From: Octopus sinensis
Lineage: Eukaryota
Direction of reading: 5' to 3'
Length of the DNA: 64,000 nt
Assembly: GCF_006345805.1 (NCBI RefSeq)
Contig: NC_042999.1
Span: forward strand, 119,722,001 to 119,786,000
Shown here: piece after piece, positions 63,161-64,000 of the stretch
How the letters are laid out: each line of letters begins with the position of its first letter
How positions within the stretch are numbered: position 1 is the stretch's first letter
Notes under the pieces: generated by a model
Told to the model about the DNA's origin: nothing
Database searches by the model: none
The model's input: only the letters and a program-made list of their open reading frames with translations
Translations under genes and position numbers: made by a program

Positions 63161-64000
63161 GGCAGGTGTTCAATTCGGTGAACTTGGATACATTGTACGG
63201 TAAATACAGAACACATAATGTTATCCTTAAACCATCATATACAACCACGGTATTGAAACATCTCATTCACTTTGTAGTAAGAAAATATTTGCTAAAATAT
63301 AGTGAAAGTTCGACGAAAAATTGGGCAAAATAAACCTTCTTACAATTGATAACAAAACGAAAAAGAAAAAGAAAAGCATCGGTGGTGAAATGCTCAATGC
63401 ATGAAGATCATATTAATTTCTAGAAGCTGGCATTACCTGTGCAAATGTTTTTTGAATATGTCTAGTTACTTAAATAGAAAATAGTCTCATTTCACAGCAA
63501 AGTCTTCGCTATGCAATATCATCCACAAAATTGCTCTAATGCAGATTCTAGCTCTAATATTTCACAATCAATAAAAGTTTCAAGTCTATTTTTGAAAAAC
63601 ACCGAAAATATTTTCATATCATAAACGCTAAACCAGAAGGAAGGGAAGTTACATACTTTAGAAATTTGTCTCCGTACATGAAATAATGATTATACTGTTT
63701 ATTTTCTACAGATCTCACAATGAAAAATCTCAATATTTTCTTTATGGAGAATTGTAAGAATATTCTATAACCATTTTGCAGTGTATTTACCAACTATAAA
63801 TATTCTATTCTTGAATGTCTAAAGTTTGCGAGATAATCTAAAGGCGTTAATAGTACGGTAACAACTTATGACTGAATAGTATAACGAAAATACAAAAATG
63901 AAAAAAATAAACGCTACAAATCTAAATCACAGTGCTCGTAACACTCGGGCTTTAAAAACCAAAATTGAAATTCACACCTTGGGTGTTACAAGACAAATGT

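Overview
A repeat-saturated, AT-rich eukaryotic window with no host protein-coding gene I can support; it reads as intergenic DNA or a large intron. The SINE families and microsatellite load suggest a coleoid cephalopod (Octopus-like), which is an inference from memory and not a search result. All recognisable coding sequence is transposon-derived and disrupted: two Helitron PIF1-helicase relics (0.3-4.7 kb), a pogo/Tigger DDE_1 relic, Penelope-like fragments (one with a decayed minimal hammerhead ribozyme), a complete IR-DR Tc1 element (DD34E), a complete mariner plus mariner derivatives, an L1/Tx1 3' fragment, a CR1 fragment, and a near-intact full-length R4/Dong LINE. That LINE sits inside a ~9 kb (ATT)n-punctuated cluster of co-oriented Dong fragments and two copies of a non-coding ~555-bp element. 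About 20 tRNA-derived SINE copies and many di-, tri- and tetranucleotide arrays fill the rest, and these arrays generate most entries in the ORF track. The most interesting signals are: (i) the ~555-bp (TAA)n-targeted element, a candidate non-autonomous passenger of R4/Dong; (ii) a ~99%-identical 518-bp-arm palindrome at 50.1-51.1 kb and smaller fold-backs embedded in (TA)n; (iii) the hammerhead relic; (iv) a GG...CC, 8-bp-TSD, long-TIR element carrying telomere-like repeats. Coordinates and identities were read by eye.
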